The position numbers and the translations under genes were made by a program. This document shows positions 11,432 through 24,008 of a DNA stretch of 64,000 nucleotides, in pieces; within the stretch, counting starts at the first letter, position 1; each line of letters opens with the position of its first letter. The DNA comes from Anthoceros angustus. Taxonomy: Eukaryota > Plantae > Anthocerotophyta. The stretch covers positions 1 to 64,000 of the forward strand of contig MU008193.1 in assembly GCA_010909165.1 (NCBI GenBank), given 5' to 3'. The notes under the pieces are model-generated. The model had not been told where the DNA came from, searched no databases, and worked only from the letters and a program-made list of their open reading frames with translations.

Positions 11432-11510
11432 ATGTCAAGTGTAGGAAATAATAGTTGGAAAAGGTGACTGCAGAGGGTCACCTAAGGGAGGTTGTATGTG
11501 GAAGGCCTCC

Positions 11511-11516
11511 TATAAG
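11511..11516 (+). promoter_or_regulatory. Putative retroelement TATA box (U3/R region) of G LTR
   Basis: cctataagaggaggagg at 11509 and 21910 and on the minus strand at ~23907-23924 and ~62795-62811; cctataaaaggagggg at 37025. Confidence 0.6.
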
Positions 11517-12394
11517 AGGAGGAGGATTTCACAAAGTAAAGTATCATGTCGCCCACATCGAGTCCTTTGCCATTACAGAGGAATTTCGTGGCCGTGAGCC
11601 AACGTCCTGCAGAGAGGAAGTCATGTGGTCGGAGTGCTTGGTGGAGGACTTGCTCACCGCAAGTGCCTAAACGAGTTGCTCCCTTGTGAATGGTTGCGTG
11701 AAATTGCTTTGCTTTGGGTGTGTGGCAAATGCCCAGAACTCTGCTTGAGGGTAGACTACAGTGAAAGACTCGAGGTTCTCACGCCTGTGTCAAACTCATA
11801 GCAACCGCCCAAGGAAGAACTTGCCGGTGGAGGCGACCTGTGCGCCAGCCGTAAGGGCGAGTCAAACCAAGAAGCCCGAATCGAGGTTAGAATAGGAGGA
11901 AGAGGATGAGAGATGAGAAGATGAGAGGATTAGAGGTGTAGAAGTAGTGGAGCCTAAGGGACGAATCCCAACTGCAAGTAAAAGAGCGCCCCGAGGGAGA
12001 AGTGGTCTTAGAAGTAGGACGAAATCGCGTGTGTGGGGGTCCCCGGCGCCCGTGGTAGGCTCCTCAGAGGCAGACTCGAATTGTGTTGTGTCGTGTAGGT
12101 CAAGCTTGAAGTAGGGACTCGCGGAACTCCTGGCGCCGTGGTAGGCTCGCCGAGGTGACCCAATTGTTTTGTGTCAGGGTCGAGGTTGGCGACTGCAAGT
12201 GGTGCAGAAGAGGGAGAGTAGAGGCGCCTTGCTTGTTTAGAAGGTCGAGAAGTGTGTCATCACAGTAGCGACGGCATCACAAGACCTCGAACTTTCACAC
12301 AAGTCTCATGGGACGAAACCCAACGCATTTAAGCGAGGATAAGTGTGGCTTATAGTGGAGGACCCGGGAGTGCCCCTGATTCTCCTACCATTTT

Positions 12395-12410
12395 TGGCGC
12401 CTGTCGGGAC
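12395..12410 (+). promoter_or_regulatory. G1 PBS, tRNA-Asp-like (TGGCGCCGTTGCCGGGGA type)
   Basis: tggcgcctgtcgggac after a T-run spacer, as is typical of Athila-like elements. Confidence 0.7.
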
Positions 12411-12559
12411 TTGTTGTTGAAAGTTGAAGTTTTGATCCATAGGTAATGCAAAGGGACCGAGTCGACCATGGGGTGAGAAGAGAGCGCCTAAGTTGTCATA
12501 GGGGTGACTGGTTGAGACACTAAACGGGTGTGATTTGCTTCCTCTTAACACCGTGGTTG

Positions 12560-15500
12560 GAGGACATGAGGATGGTTGCGATGTATAGGGGTCGATCTGG
12601 AGATACACGCGAAGGTCACCACCCGTCACCGCGAGATTTACGAGCTTATAAGAAACCGCTAAGGGAGAGCCACCGCCACTGTGGAGCGGGAGGAAGTAGA
12701 GACACGACCTGAGGAAGTCGCCGGACGACGGCGAGGTGCGGAACACTGACAGGGAGAAGGAGAAGAGGCGAGATCACCGCCGAGAGTGGAGGTCGAAAGA
12801 GAAGTGTGGGATTTAGGAAGGAAGGCCCGAACGAGTGTTCACAACCGCCGCGAACGCCCGCGACGCTTTGCTTCAAAGCGGACCACCTCATCTTCCATGA
12901 ACACAGGACGACGATCGCCGAGCGGGAGTTTCGTGCTTGGTCGGAGGATTTGGCGGAACGACTCGATCGAATCAGATCGATTGATCTTTGGGACGGACTA
13001 GAGGGAGGTCGCTACTCCTCGGTAGAAGATCGTGCTCGATCCCGATTGTTTCGTTACTCCGGCGAGAGGAGTTGGGACACCCGAACGAGCAACATGAGTG
13101 GAGTTGGTGGAGGAGGACCCCAACTTCATAGTCGCCAAGAATACGCCAAATTCGGGCGAAGAAAAAAGGGAGATGATGCGGAGGCGTAAGAACTTTGAGC
13201 ACGCCTCCCACGCAAATTTGGAGGATGGAGTCGCCGAGCGACCGCGATCTTCCGGACCGCGAGAGGCATGCCCAGGTGGTATGGTCATATAATTCGAAGC
13301 GCCACGGATTGGGAAGCTCTTAAGGCAGCCTTCTTGAATCGCCCGAGGGCTCGACGACACCACACCTTGGCTGTTGAGAACCCTCCAAAGGAAGAAACGA
13401 GTCGTTGTTCGATTATGTGAGAGGTTTTATGGATATCCGATCGGTTCAAATGTGCACCCGAGAGGCCGGAGATCCACCCACTGGGTACTCACAAGAACAA
13501 GCGTTGGATTGGTTTGTGAGTGGCTTCCGAAAAATGGAGGTACACCGCAGCGTGAACGAAGACGCGCCTCCGCTTAGCCGAGGAATGGGAGTCCGAGTGG
13601 GAGAAGGAGGAAGAAGAGGCGGTCATAAGAAGAGGAAAGGATCGAGGAGATCTAGCCTCGCTCCTCACCTCCTCCAGCGCCGCCCTTCCACATCGAAAGT
13701 GAGGACATGAACTCAAGGCTCCACATCGGATGAGGAATCGAGAAGGCCTACGACAATGAGGAAGGACCTGAGAAGGTCAAAACGACAAGAGGAGGCGGAA
13801 CGCGATTGGAGAAGGAGAGGAAAAGACACGTCGGATGGAGAAGGGAGAAACGTGCAGCGGGAGGAGGGATTGCCGGACAAGTGGAGGCTTTGACCAAGTT
13901 GACCGAGTTGGAGGTCAAGGCGGAAGAATCAAGCCACGAAGATCTCCTTCGCCCGCGAGCGCTTGGTGTGATGTCATCAAACGGACACACCAACCGAGAA
14001 TGTATTCGTGCACCGCGACACGTAAATCATGTGGAAACCGTTATGCCGGAGATTATTGGTACGGACGAGGTACCAGTACAAGCGGCCACCGGAAGCCACC
14101 ACCTCAATCAATGAGAGCGACTTACCACCGACCGCACTGCCTCAAGGTATGGCTCACGCGACATCACGGACAATGGAGACCGATCCGCACACATGGCAAT
14201 TTGTGGGTGTACATAATCGGAGCCCCGTGACACTACTCAACGAATGCCCGTAACCACGAAGCAAGTAGGTTATGTACCCTTGCCGTGTATGTAAGGAATT
14301 GGGACATAAAATGGGGATCCATGCACGGGTGACGCGAGGACACCACACCAGAGTCGTTACGCGCAGCGGAAGAGGCACGACCCAACACAAACCCATGTGA
14401 CCACAACACTGTTGAAGGTGGAGGCGAGTACCTCGAGGATTCGCAGACGCCGTGATCGTGGAGGAAGGATACGAGGAGAAAGCGCGGATGAAAGGTTGAT
14501 GGTGGCTGTGGTAACCACTGTGTCGGGCCGTCAAGAAAGGACGGATCGGAAAACGGCGGGCGATGAAAGGAAAACGGAGGAAGGTGAGGGATGACTCACC
14601 ATGGCCCGAGACGCGTTCAGCGCTAAGAGGAGCAGAACAGACCGCCCAGCAGGAAGGCATCACCTAGTCCGGCACTACGGATAGACCACAGACTACCCCT
14701 GAGGGCGAGCAGAGACCAAAGGAGGGGAGGAACGAATGCTTCCTCCCGACATTAGTCGAGAAGTAGCGCAATGCTGGAAGATGAATTAAACAGCTCACCC
14801 GACACGAAAGGTGGGTCGCAGAGGGAATCGTGATCCACTGCATGGGAACCCACCGATAGGAGGGTCATGGAATCAACTTTACCAATAAGGTCGGAGTCGA
14901 CCAGCTGCTGCCGGGAGGAAACTTTGTGATAAAATCAGCACGACGATTACTTGACCGCAATTTGTGGTCACCGAGATGCTTGTTACAGAAGTCCAAGATC
15001 CCGCAAAATTGTGAAGGAGGCGATCGTGGGAATCTCAAGCGGAGGGAGAAAGCGCGGAGGTAAATGTGGTCGAACTCGCTGATTTAGGGGCACCCGAGAT
15101 TGAGGTTGAGATTGCGGTGTTTGGTGCCCACGTGTAGATTCGGATCGGAGTCAACTTGATGACGGAGGAGACGCTCATCAACTCGATTCACCGAGTTTCA
15201 CCCGCCCGAGTATTTTTAATGATGGCCGACTGCATAAGGAGAAAGCCACTGGGGTGCCGAGGAACGCCCACTATAATTGGGGACTCACCTTCCATCTTAC
15301 CTACATTGTGATGCCTTTCATTTAGGCTATAAGGTTTTGATAGGTAGGCCTGGTTGTATGGTACTCGCGTGTTTTTGATTTTGGTCGAGTGGCATCACCT
15401 TCAAGTCCAAAGAGACCAAGGGCGATTGCTTTGTGTCATGGAGCAAGGCTCTTATGAGGGGAGTCTGCATCACCGACGGGTACACCCTGTAGCACGGGGT

Positions 15501-17790
15501 AAGCTCCTCAAAGGATCGAGCATATCGGGGTCCTCACGAGGTCAAATAAAGAGTGATTTGGTGTACCTGCCATATAGAGGAAGTCATAGAGGAGTCTCGA
15601 GGATGAGGCCCATAGAGAAGGAGTAGCCTTTGGAAGGGTTATGAGCGAGACTTTCCTAAGAGGGATCCTAACCGATATGATGAGGGAACATATGTAGATC
15701 CCTGTGAGAAGACCTAGAGTTAGAACCAGCAAGGTAGTCAAGATTTCTAAGTACCCAGCATAGAAAAGATGAGTTTGAGGGTCCTTAGAGAATATGTTGA
15801 TGTGTTTGCCTTCAAGATTACATATGACGGATACCAAGAACTGGAATACATCGAATAGATGGAGGGCAAGACTCGAGGATCAACACAGTCAATCCCAAGT
15901 ATTCCATGGTTGTTAAGGATCACCGACCAATACTTGAGCGGGTGAGGATTTCGGCTCACCGAGTGGGTCGCCCCATCGGATTGTACCAAAGAAGCAGGAA
16001 AGGTCGGGTGTCAAGATTTCAGAAAACTCAACGAGGCAACGGAAGGATCATCACTTTACCTTTCATGGACAAAGGTGTTGACACGAAGGGACGAGATGGC
16101 GCTCGATGGATATTCGGTAATCAAATTTCAAAGGAGGATCAGACAAGACAACGTCACACGGATTGAACTATGCCTATTCAAGCTCCTTTCAGGAATGCCC
16201 CGCCACTTTCCAGGGTGAACGCGATCTTCAGATTTCCGAGGAAGTTCATGGAGGTATTCTGATGATTGGTGTGGGAGAAGGAACGCATTTAGACCATTTG
16301 AGGCAATGTTTCGAAAATGCGTGGAGAACATGAAACTTCATCCGGAGTGTTATTTTGGCATGACGGAGGGCATATTGCATCGAGTTGCAGAGATTGGTGT
16401 AGATAAAGAGAAGGTAGCGTGATAGTAGATGGACGCACTGACGAAGGCAAAAGTAGCTGTAGGGCTAGGGGTACAGAGGTTCATCAAGGATTTCGCCAAG
16501 AGGGAGCCTTGTTGACACAATTAACCAAAAGGATACACCCTTCGAATGGACAACGCTGAGAGGCTTTCAGGAAGGAGGAGCGACCAACTCAACCGGATTG
16601 GGGAGGCTTCACGATACGTGGATGTGTCCGCCATGCTATTGGGACCGTGAGTCGAAGATGAGAAGAAACGGGATCATCCGATTTATGCTGGAGATCTGGA
16701 TCAAAGAACTACTCAACCAATGGAGCGGAGGGCCTGGTATCATTTACCTTGTAAGAAGTTTGCACTATCCGCAACGATGTCGATCATTTGCGAACAAGCC
16801 GTTTGTCGTGAAGGAGCGATGGCTAGCTGCAAGAGTTTGACTATGACGAGAAACCAGCGGAAGCAACATCGAACGCCGGATTTCATTTCTCAAGTGGAGA
16901 GCGACTTGCCACCATGACCGATTTCACGAGGAGTTGGTTACCATGCCCAAGTCAGAAGGAGGTGAGCATGTTAAGGGCCCAAGAATTGACTGCAAACCTG
17001 CCCAGAGGGTCAACCAAGAAGAAGGAGCAGGTGAGTCATGCAGGACAATTTGGAACCGAGGGAGATGGATGGCGCCAGCATGGGCAAGGAGGAGGCCAAT
17101 TTCAAGGTGAGCACTAAAGTGGAGGCCACACGTTGGCAAGGGAAAACCGCATGAGACACCTTTTGAGCGAGAACACTTGGCGAGGTCGCCTCGCCATGAG
17201 TCAGAGGAGGAGATGCCTAAGATTGACGGGAAGGACATCCCATGACAAGCTTGAAGATTCAGGGGATTGGCATCTGCAACCTCAAACACCATGGAGGTGC
17301 AACAAGTCGAGGATGCACATGTACCGATGGATGCATACGTTCATTGTGGCTTACAGACTCATGAAGGAAGGTAACCACCAAAAGACCCCTTATTATCTAA
17401 CGTATGGCATGTCACCGTGATGCGTGGAGTTTGAAGTACCCACCTGTAATCATGGAGGACGAACGATGACCAGAGGATAGCTGTAGTTAGACTAGAATCA
17501 TTCAGAGCAGAAGAACGAGGGAGGATGCTTTAGAAGAAACGCATGGATCTGTGAACTCGTAAAAGGCATGATGGGAGGTTGAGGAAGCAAGAGGCTATCG
17601 TGGACGGGATTTGGTTCTTCTATATGATAGTCGTACCTAGACTTTCCAGGAAGCTTAGGCTAAGGTGGATGGGACCTTACGAGGTGGCGCAGATACGAGA
17701 ATGGATCTGCAACTGTATTGGGGGAACATCCACCGAGTAAATGGGTGGAAGGTTAAGAAGTACCTCTCACCGAGTTCTGTTTTGAGGACG
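12560..17790 (+). pseudogene. gag-pol: G1 gag-pol, frameshifted, integrase largely deleted
   Basis: Gag YSQEQALDWFVSG; knuckle array 13960-14320; protease DS.SGVNL (~15140) and LIGRP; RT DFRKLN and FMEVFxDD (~16245); RH YVDVS and QEFDY; INT C-terminus RVNGWKVKKYL. Confidence 0.88.
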
Positions 17791-17798
17791 CAAACAGT

Positions 17799-17810
17799 GA
17801 GGTGGGGAGT
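17799..17810 (+). promoter_or_regulatory. G1 polypurine tract
   Basis: gaggtggggagt(a) immediately before the LTR start tgtggaacg. Confidence 0.85.
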
Positions 17811-17811
17811 A

Positions 17812-20800
17812 TGTGGAACGAAAAGTTTGGGCAACCAGCCCAAAAGAGCCCAAAAGACGAACAAGTTTGATTTTTTTGGCTAAGAACGATTGAAGAGGAC
17901 ATGCAGGAAATTCTCAAGAATCTTAACTAGAGTGGAATATTGTTAGGAAGGCAAAAGGATATCCCAGAGGAAAACGGTCGGGACCCCGCATTTGCGCGAG
18001 GGCCCAAGGTTGGTAGGTCGGCATCACCGAGGTCGCCACACCACGGTAGGTCGAGAAGGAGCGACTATCGTGTAAGCCGCATGGTAGGCCGATCAAAAAA
18101 GGAAACTTAGAATAAAGGGGGATATCCACTATATATGCTCATCAATAGAATAAATATAAGAGTAATTAGCAAGAGATTAATTAGGAAGTAGAAAATAGGT
18201 ATTATAGAATTAGGATTTTGGAATGATGCACAAAATCTAGGTTGTGGCCGCCAGTGGCGCCCATCCAAAGGGGCAAAGTGCGCTGGGGCCCAACTTCCTT
18301 CGAGCTAAGGCGAACTCACTTCCCAAGAGATCGACCGGCCGGAGCGCAAAAGAAGCCGGAGAAGCCGCCATTGCCGCCGCTCCGCGACCCACGAACGAGA
18401 GGAAGGCAAGGAGAAGACTAGAAAAGGAGAAAGAGGAGGCGAAGCGAGCGCCCAGGCACCGAGAAGCAATACGGAAGAGAGACACATTGAAGGAGCCACA
18501 CGGGCAGAGCGAGTTGGAGCGCCGGAGCAGCAAGGTGAAGGAGAGTGAGAGTAGAAGGAGGAAAATCAGACACCTGCGCCGCTGGAGAAGAAATCGAGGA
18601 GACGGGAGGCTCAAGACAGGCTAAGTGGTTTCAGTCGGGGCCACGACGAGAAAAGGAGTGTTTGAGAAGCTAGCACACAACGCCAAATTGGGAAGTAATC
18701 CTTCCTAGGAGCGAGGAGTAAGGAAGGTGCCATGCCTCGAGCTGAAAGGCAAGGGAAGGAGCCACCGGCAAGGGCTCTCCTCGCGAGGAGGAAGGAAGAG
18801 AGGTGCTGCGCCCGCTGTGGGAGGTGAACTTGTGATGCCCCAATTCACTTGCTTTGCCGCAGCCCAACCCCAGACGGTTGATTTTCGTGGGCGGGAGGAG
18901 GAGAACATCCACAGGATGGGTGTATGGCCGCCAATGGGCCTAGGAATTGATTGAGGAGCACATCAACCTCCATCAATCCGCCGCCACCGGAAGGAATGCT
19001 AGAACGGATCCACGCTGACCGTGAGAAGTATTCGATGTATGGAAGACCGGAGGAAGAGAGCTCGAATTGCTCTCTCGAAAGGTTGAATGGGGGAAGAGGA
19101 CAGCCTCACCGACATCCCGCAGGAGTTCCTCGACATGATGGATGGAGGAGTGAAGCCCACGCCAAGAATGGCCGGAAGACCGAGAGCATCAAGGAGTCAA
19201 GTGGAGGCTCTTCAAAGATTGTGCCGTTGGTAAATTACCAACGCACCTCTTATTTCAGCACCAACTTCCTCCAATTTTGTGGAAGATTTCCATGGGAGCC
19301 GATTGGGGACTATCATGTATGAAGCGTACATACACCATCGAGAGAAGCTCTCAAGCCAAATTCGTGGATGAGGAAGGACCAAGGCTGCTATCTTAGCACC
19401 TATTTGGTGCATTTATGGGAAACCGAGGGACTCTCACAAGCAAGGAGCTTGAAGATGCATGGCATCCCTTTGAGGTCATCCATCTCCACCGAGGTTGGAA
19501 AGGCCTTTGCCTTTGCATTGAAGACGGTGGGAGGTCGACTCCACAAAAATGCTAGAGGCAAGAGGAGAAGGTCTGAGGCAACAAAGTTGCCGAGGGGAAT
19601 CCTTTCCACAGGAGCAAGGGAAGAAGAAGCCAAGAAGGCCGGATGGTGGTCTATGAGAGAAGGACCACAGAGGGGTGAGCCCAGAGTGGGGAGTCCCCAC
19701 CATCTCCTTTGTGCCTACGAGAGGCACCGGCTGCACTACCCCGGAGGGAGGCGCCACCCAAGGGGTGCTCACCGTAGCACCATGGTAAGGCGTACTACCG
19801 GGGCAGCCACCAGAGAGGCACCCCACGCCGCCAGCAAACAGCCTACTAAGGTGGAAGGGGAAGGAGAAGCGAGGTGCCGCGAGCGCCACCATCTTCCGCC
19901 GGTGGGAGGCGGATGGAGCGAAGGGGCTGCCACGCGATGGCGTGAGAGCTGGAGATTTCCAAGAAGAAGAAAGAAGGGGTGGAATTAGGACCCTAGGAGA
20001 ATTGCGGCTTGTGAAGCACTCAGTGGATTTGAAGGCTAGAGATGCTTCCTTGTGGGCATGCCAAGAAGAAGTGAAATCTCAAGACATGGCCGGAGGAAGG
20101 TGGACCAAATGGCAATTGGAGGCCATGGAGTCCGAGGCACCAGCGAAAAGGTCAGGAGAAGCTCCAGACCTGGACCCGGACGAGAAGGTCTTGAGGGAGG
20201 TTGGCTCAATCAAGAAAGAGCCATCCGAGCAACCACCCAACGAGACTCATGGAGATGGAGGCGGAGGAGCATTTTGCCCAATTAGAGCAAGAGGGCAAAA
20301 CAGAGGCTCGGAAGGAGAAGGTAGTCCAAAGAAATGGACGCCAAGAACAGTGATGGCTAAGCCATCCAGATCCGGACATGAAGGAAGAGTTGAGAAGAGC
20401 CCGCTTTAGTTTGGAAGAGAAGCGCCCGAGGGGAAATTCAAAACCAAGAACTGTGAGTCGAGCGAAAAGATGCTTGGCAAGCGAGAGGGGGCTTGCTCAA
20501 CGAATAGAGGACTTGGAAGGAAAAAGGTCCCAGAGGAGGAGTACCACAAGAAAGTGGTACATAGAATGGTAGGAAGCCAAGGTTTTGGCATTATGCCCTT
20601 CGCAAAATTGGCCAGCCAAATTAAGGAAGCAAGGGAGGAGAATGTGACCTCCATGTCAAGGTGGGGAATTGACCACCTCAAGGGACGCCCAAAGGTAGGT
20701 GTGAAGATGGAGAGTGGCCCACGGAGATTGATGATCTCCAAATGCAATATCATAGCTTGGGGCCCACCTCCACAATAGAATTTTGAAGGCCAACAATGAG

Positions 20801-22826
20801 ATCTTGGGCTTCAAGAGGAGGACATTGGGTCCTCATGATGATGATGAAGGAGCCGCAATAAAAGTAAGAGGCCTCCGATTTTGATGAGGCCATCACGAAA
20901 TGGACTCCGAGGAACTGAGGAGTCGAGACGAAGGAGCCACCGAGCGCCAAAGGTAGAAGGTGGCAGAGCAAGGAGGGGAAAGCCCACCTCCGGGGTCAAC
21001 CTACCACGGTGGTGCCACCACTCCGCCGACCACTGTGTAGACCACACACGCCGTAGTCCGCCAGACCACCGGGTAGGTGCCCGGGCTGGAGATCGGGAGC
21101 CGCTGAAGGCCGAGGATGGTCCGTATACCCGGAGGAGCAGCTTGGGGTGGTGGGAGACAACCCCACCGGAGGAGACTAAGGACGGGTCCGACCTCGAGGA
21201 AGGGGAGGGGTGAGAAGTTCCCGCCCCACGGATAAGGGAGGAGCCAGGCCGAGAGGAGACCAACGCAAGAAGGCCCAAGGAGTTAGTAGCAACATGGTGA
21301 ATGGGGAAGATTCTTGAAGACATGCTCTGATAGGTATGGACAAACCAAAAAGGAGCAAAGAGGAACTCACCTGTGAGACATCACCGGCGGAGAGGAAGGA
21401 GAAGAAGGAGATAGGTACCGACTACCATGGTAGGTAGTCGCCATAGTCCGCATCACCGCGTAGGGTGCCGATGAACGGACCAGCGGCGGAAGCCGGAGAA
21501 AAGGCGCTAGGTGCGCGGGGAGGCGCATCGATGGAAGATAACAGACTTTAGGCGCCGCCGCTGGAGATGGAGGAAGGCAAGATGGTACTTGCCCCACACA
21601 TTCTAAGGCGACAAGATCCGGGAAGGGACAGAGCAAAAGGAGGGCGAGGGAGCCAATCCAAGGGCCATGTCACCACCCCAGAGATAGACTAAGAATGGTC
21701 AATGACCATAAATGAGCTTTGGGGAACGGAAGGATAGGTGGTGGATGACATCCTTCAAGGATGGTCTTAGGTGAAGTTACTAGAATAGAATTTACCAAGG
21801 ATGCATAATAGACTAGGTGCCGACATTAAATGTCAAGGGTAGGAAATAATAGAATTGGAAAAGGTGACCCGCAGAGGGTCACCTAAGGGAGGTTGTATGT
21901 GGAAGGCCTCCTATAAGAGGAGGAGGATTTCACAAAGTAAAGTATCATGTCTTGCGCCCACGCTCATCGAGTCCTTTGCCATTACAGAGGAATTTCGTGG
22001 GCCGTGAGCCAACATGTCTGTAGAGAGGAAGTCGCGGTCGGAGTGTTTGGTGGAGGACTCCGTGCCTAAACGAGTTGCTCCCTTGTGAATGGTTGTGAAA
22101 TTGCTTTGCTTTGGGTGTGTGGCAAATGCCTGAGAACTCTCGGCTTGAGGGTAGACCAGGAAAGACTGGAGGTTCTCACCGTGTGTCAAACTCATAGCAA
22201 CCGCCCAAGGAAGAACTTGCTGGTGGAGGCGGACCCTGTGCAGCCAGCCGTAAGGGCGAGTCCAAGAAGCCCGAATCGAGGTTAGACTAGGAGGAAGAGG
22301 ATGAGGAGATGAGAAGATGAGTAGAGGATTAGAGGTGTAGGTGTTAGTGGAAGGCTGCAGAGCCTAAGGGACGAATCCCAACCGCAAACGAGCCCCGAGT
22401 GGAGAAGTTTGGTCTTAGAAGTAGGGACGAATCGGTGTGAACTGTGGGCGCCCGTGGTAGGCCTTTGTCACCGAAAGGTGACTCGCAATTGTGTTGTTGT
22501 AGGTCAAGTTTGGTCTTAGAAGTAGGGACGAAATCGCGGTGAACTGGGGTCCCGGCGCCTGGTAGGCTCCTTGTCACGAGGTGACCCGCAATTGTTTTGT
22601 GTGTGGGTCGAGGTTGGCGATTTTTCAGCAAGGCAAGTGGTGCACAGAAGAGGGAGAGGGTGCCTTGCTTGTTTAGAAGGTCGAGAAGTGTGTCACCGCA
22701 GTAGCGACGGGCATCACAAGACCTCGAACTTTCACACAAGTCTCATGGGACTAAACCCAACGTGGCGACAGGATAAGTGTGGCTTATAGTGGGAGGACCG
22801 GGAGTGCCCCGATTCTCCCTACCACA
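17812..22826 (+). repeat. G1 3' LTR (~5.0 kb)
   Basis: tgtggaacg...ctaccaca, followed by TSD cattg. Confidence 0.92.
18244..21829 (+). CDS. Second copy of the G-family U3 ORF (3' LTR), frameshifted
   Basis: Same peptide blocks as 7772-11431, with frameshifts mostly at different positions. Confidence 0.72.
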
Positions 22827-23352
22827 CATTGGGAGGCGAAAGGAGTTATGAGGTATCCGAATGGTACAAAAGCGCATATGGTTTAGTAGTGAAGATGCAT
22901 GTGTGTTCATGCGCATGCGGTGGATATGGACAAAAAGGAGTCCACATCGTGTTATGTCTTCATGTGCATGGAGGCGCCTTATGCATCTCTGCTGGCAAGC
23001 CGCATTACGCTATCTACCACAGAGTTTAGTATGTTAAAAGAATCGAGGCTTTCAAGGAAGCTATATGGCTTGCCTGCTTAGTAGACTTGGGGATCATGGT
23101 TATCGCCAAATAAGGTATTCTTGAATATCCAATTGGCAAAGAATCCAAAGGTTTCATGCGAAGACTAAACATGTGGATGTGAAGTATCATATTCGAGAGT
23201 GTTAGATGACAAGAGGTACAACTGGAGGTTCACACCACCTCAACCACTGATATTCTTACCAAGGGACTCATGAGCAATTTCCCAAGTCTGACACCTGACA
23301 TGGGCAAGGAGAAGTCCATTCTCCCGCAAGGTAAATTCCTTTAAGTGGGAGG
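22827..23352 (+). pseudogene. pol: Copia B1 RT end, RNase H and PPT (aagtgggagg 23343-23352)
   Basis: HWEA continues from 7325; DMDK..ST; FHAKTKHVDVKYH. Confidence 0.88.
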
Positions 23353-23353
23353 T

Positions 23354-23432
23354 TGAAGCATTCGAGTCAATGCACCCAATACTCAGTCCAAGTTGGTGTC
23401 AGCCTACTTAGTTTAAAAGCCAATCACCAGGA
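23354..23432 (+). repeat. Start of the B1 3' LTR, interrupted by G2
   Basis: Similar to the reverse complement of the B2 LTR start (57198-57100). Confidence 0.65.
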
Positions 23433-24008
23433 CCCGGCACCCCGATCTCGACCTAGCGCCACACTTATCCCACTCGTGACGCTGGGTTTACTTGCAGACT
23501 AGTGTGATTCGGGCTGTGATCACCAACTCCCACCTCTAATCACACATCTTCTCATCTCTTCCTCAACCTCATCCATCTCCTTCTACTTCCCTTACGAACC
23601 GCCACTGCACCGGTCCTCACCACCAAGTCTCTTCACCAAAGGGCCGTGGTTTGACAACAGCGCCACCTGTGAGTCTTTCGGCCTCACCGCCGAGTGTTCC
23701 TCGGCATCGCCACACACACCTGTGCAAAGCAATTTCACAACAACCATTCACAAGGGGAGCAACTGTTTAGGCACTAAGGAGCAAGTCCTCCACCAAGCAC
23801 CCGACCACCGCGATTTCTCTACCGTGACGCTGGCTCACCGCACGAAATTTCAGAATGGCAAAGGACTGAGGGTGGAAGCGCAAGACATGATACTTTACTT
23901 TGTGAAATCCTCCTCCTCTTATAGGAGGCCTTCCACATACACCTCCCTTAGGTGACCCTACCGCAGTCACCTTTTCCAATATTTCTATTATTTCCTCACC
24001 GCCAAGAT

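Larger units (their letters stand above)
7330..12390 (+). repeat. G1 5' LTR (~5.06 kb)
   Basis: Colinear with 17812-22826 along its whole length; followed by tttt and the PBS. Confidence 0.92.
7330..22826 (+). mobile_element. Complete Ty3/gypsy non-chromovirus (Athila-like) element G1 with ~5 kb LTRs and TSD CATTG
   Basis: TG...CA termini; cattg at 7325-7329 and 22827-22831; PBS at 12395; PPT at 17799; gag-PR-RT-RH-INT order. Confidence 0.93.

Noticed and set aside
12395-12410. tRNA genes
   Set aside because: Only short PBS complements are present, with no cloverleaf.
17600-17800. Chromodomain or internal env-like ORF after integrase
   Set aside because: Integrase ends at VNGWKVKKYL (NGWRVKxY-like in H1) and the PPT follows within ~40 nt. 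I saw no convincing transmembrane segment in the U3 protein either, so it is not called env.
20470-20778. ...CNIIAWGPPPQ* as the conserved C-terminus of the LTR protein
   Set aside because: G4 lacks this stop and conserves the alternative frame (HNLGAHLHNGILKANIEIL). A homopolymer deletion explains the shift.
7330-22826. 5 kb direct repeats as a segmental or tandem duplication
   Set aside because: TG..CA ends, PBS, PPT and the CATTG TSD define them as LTRs, and the same termini recur in G2, G3 and G4.
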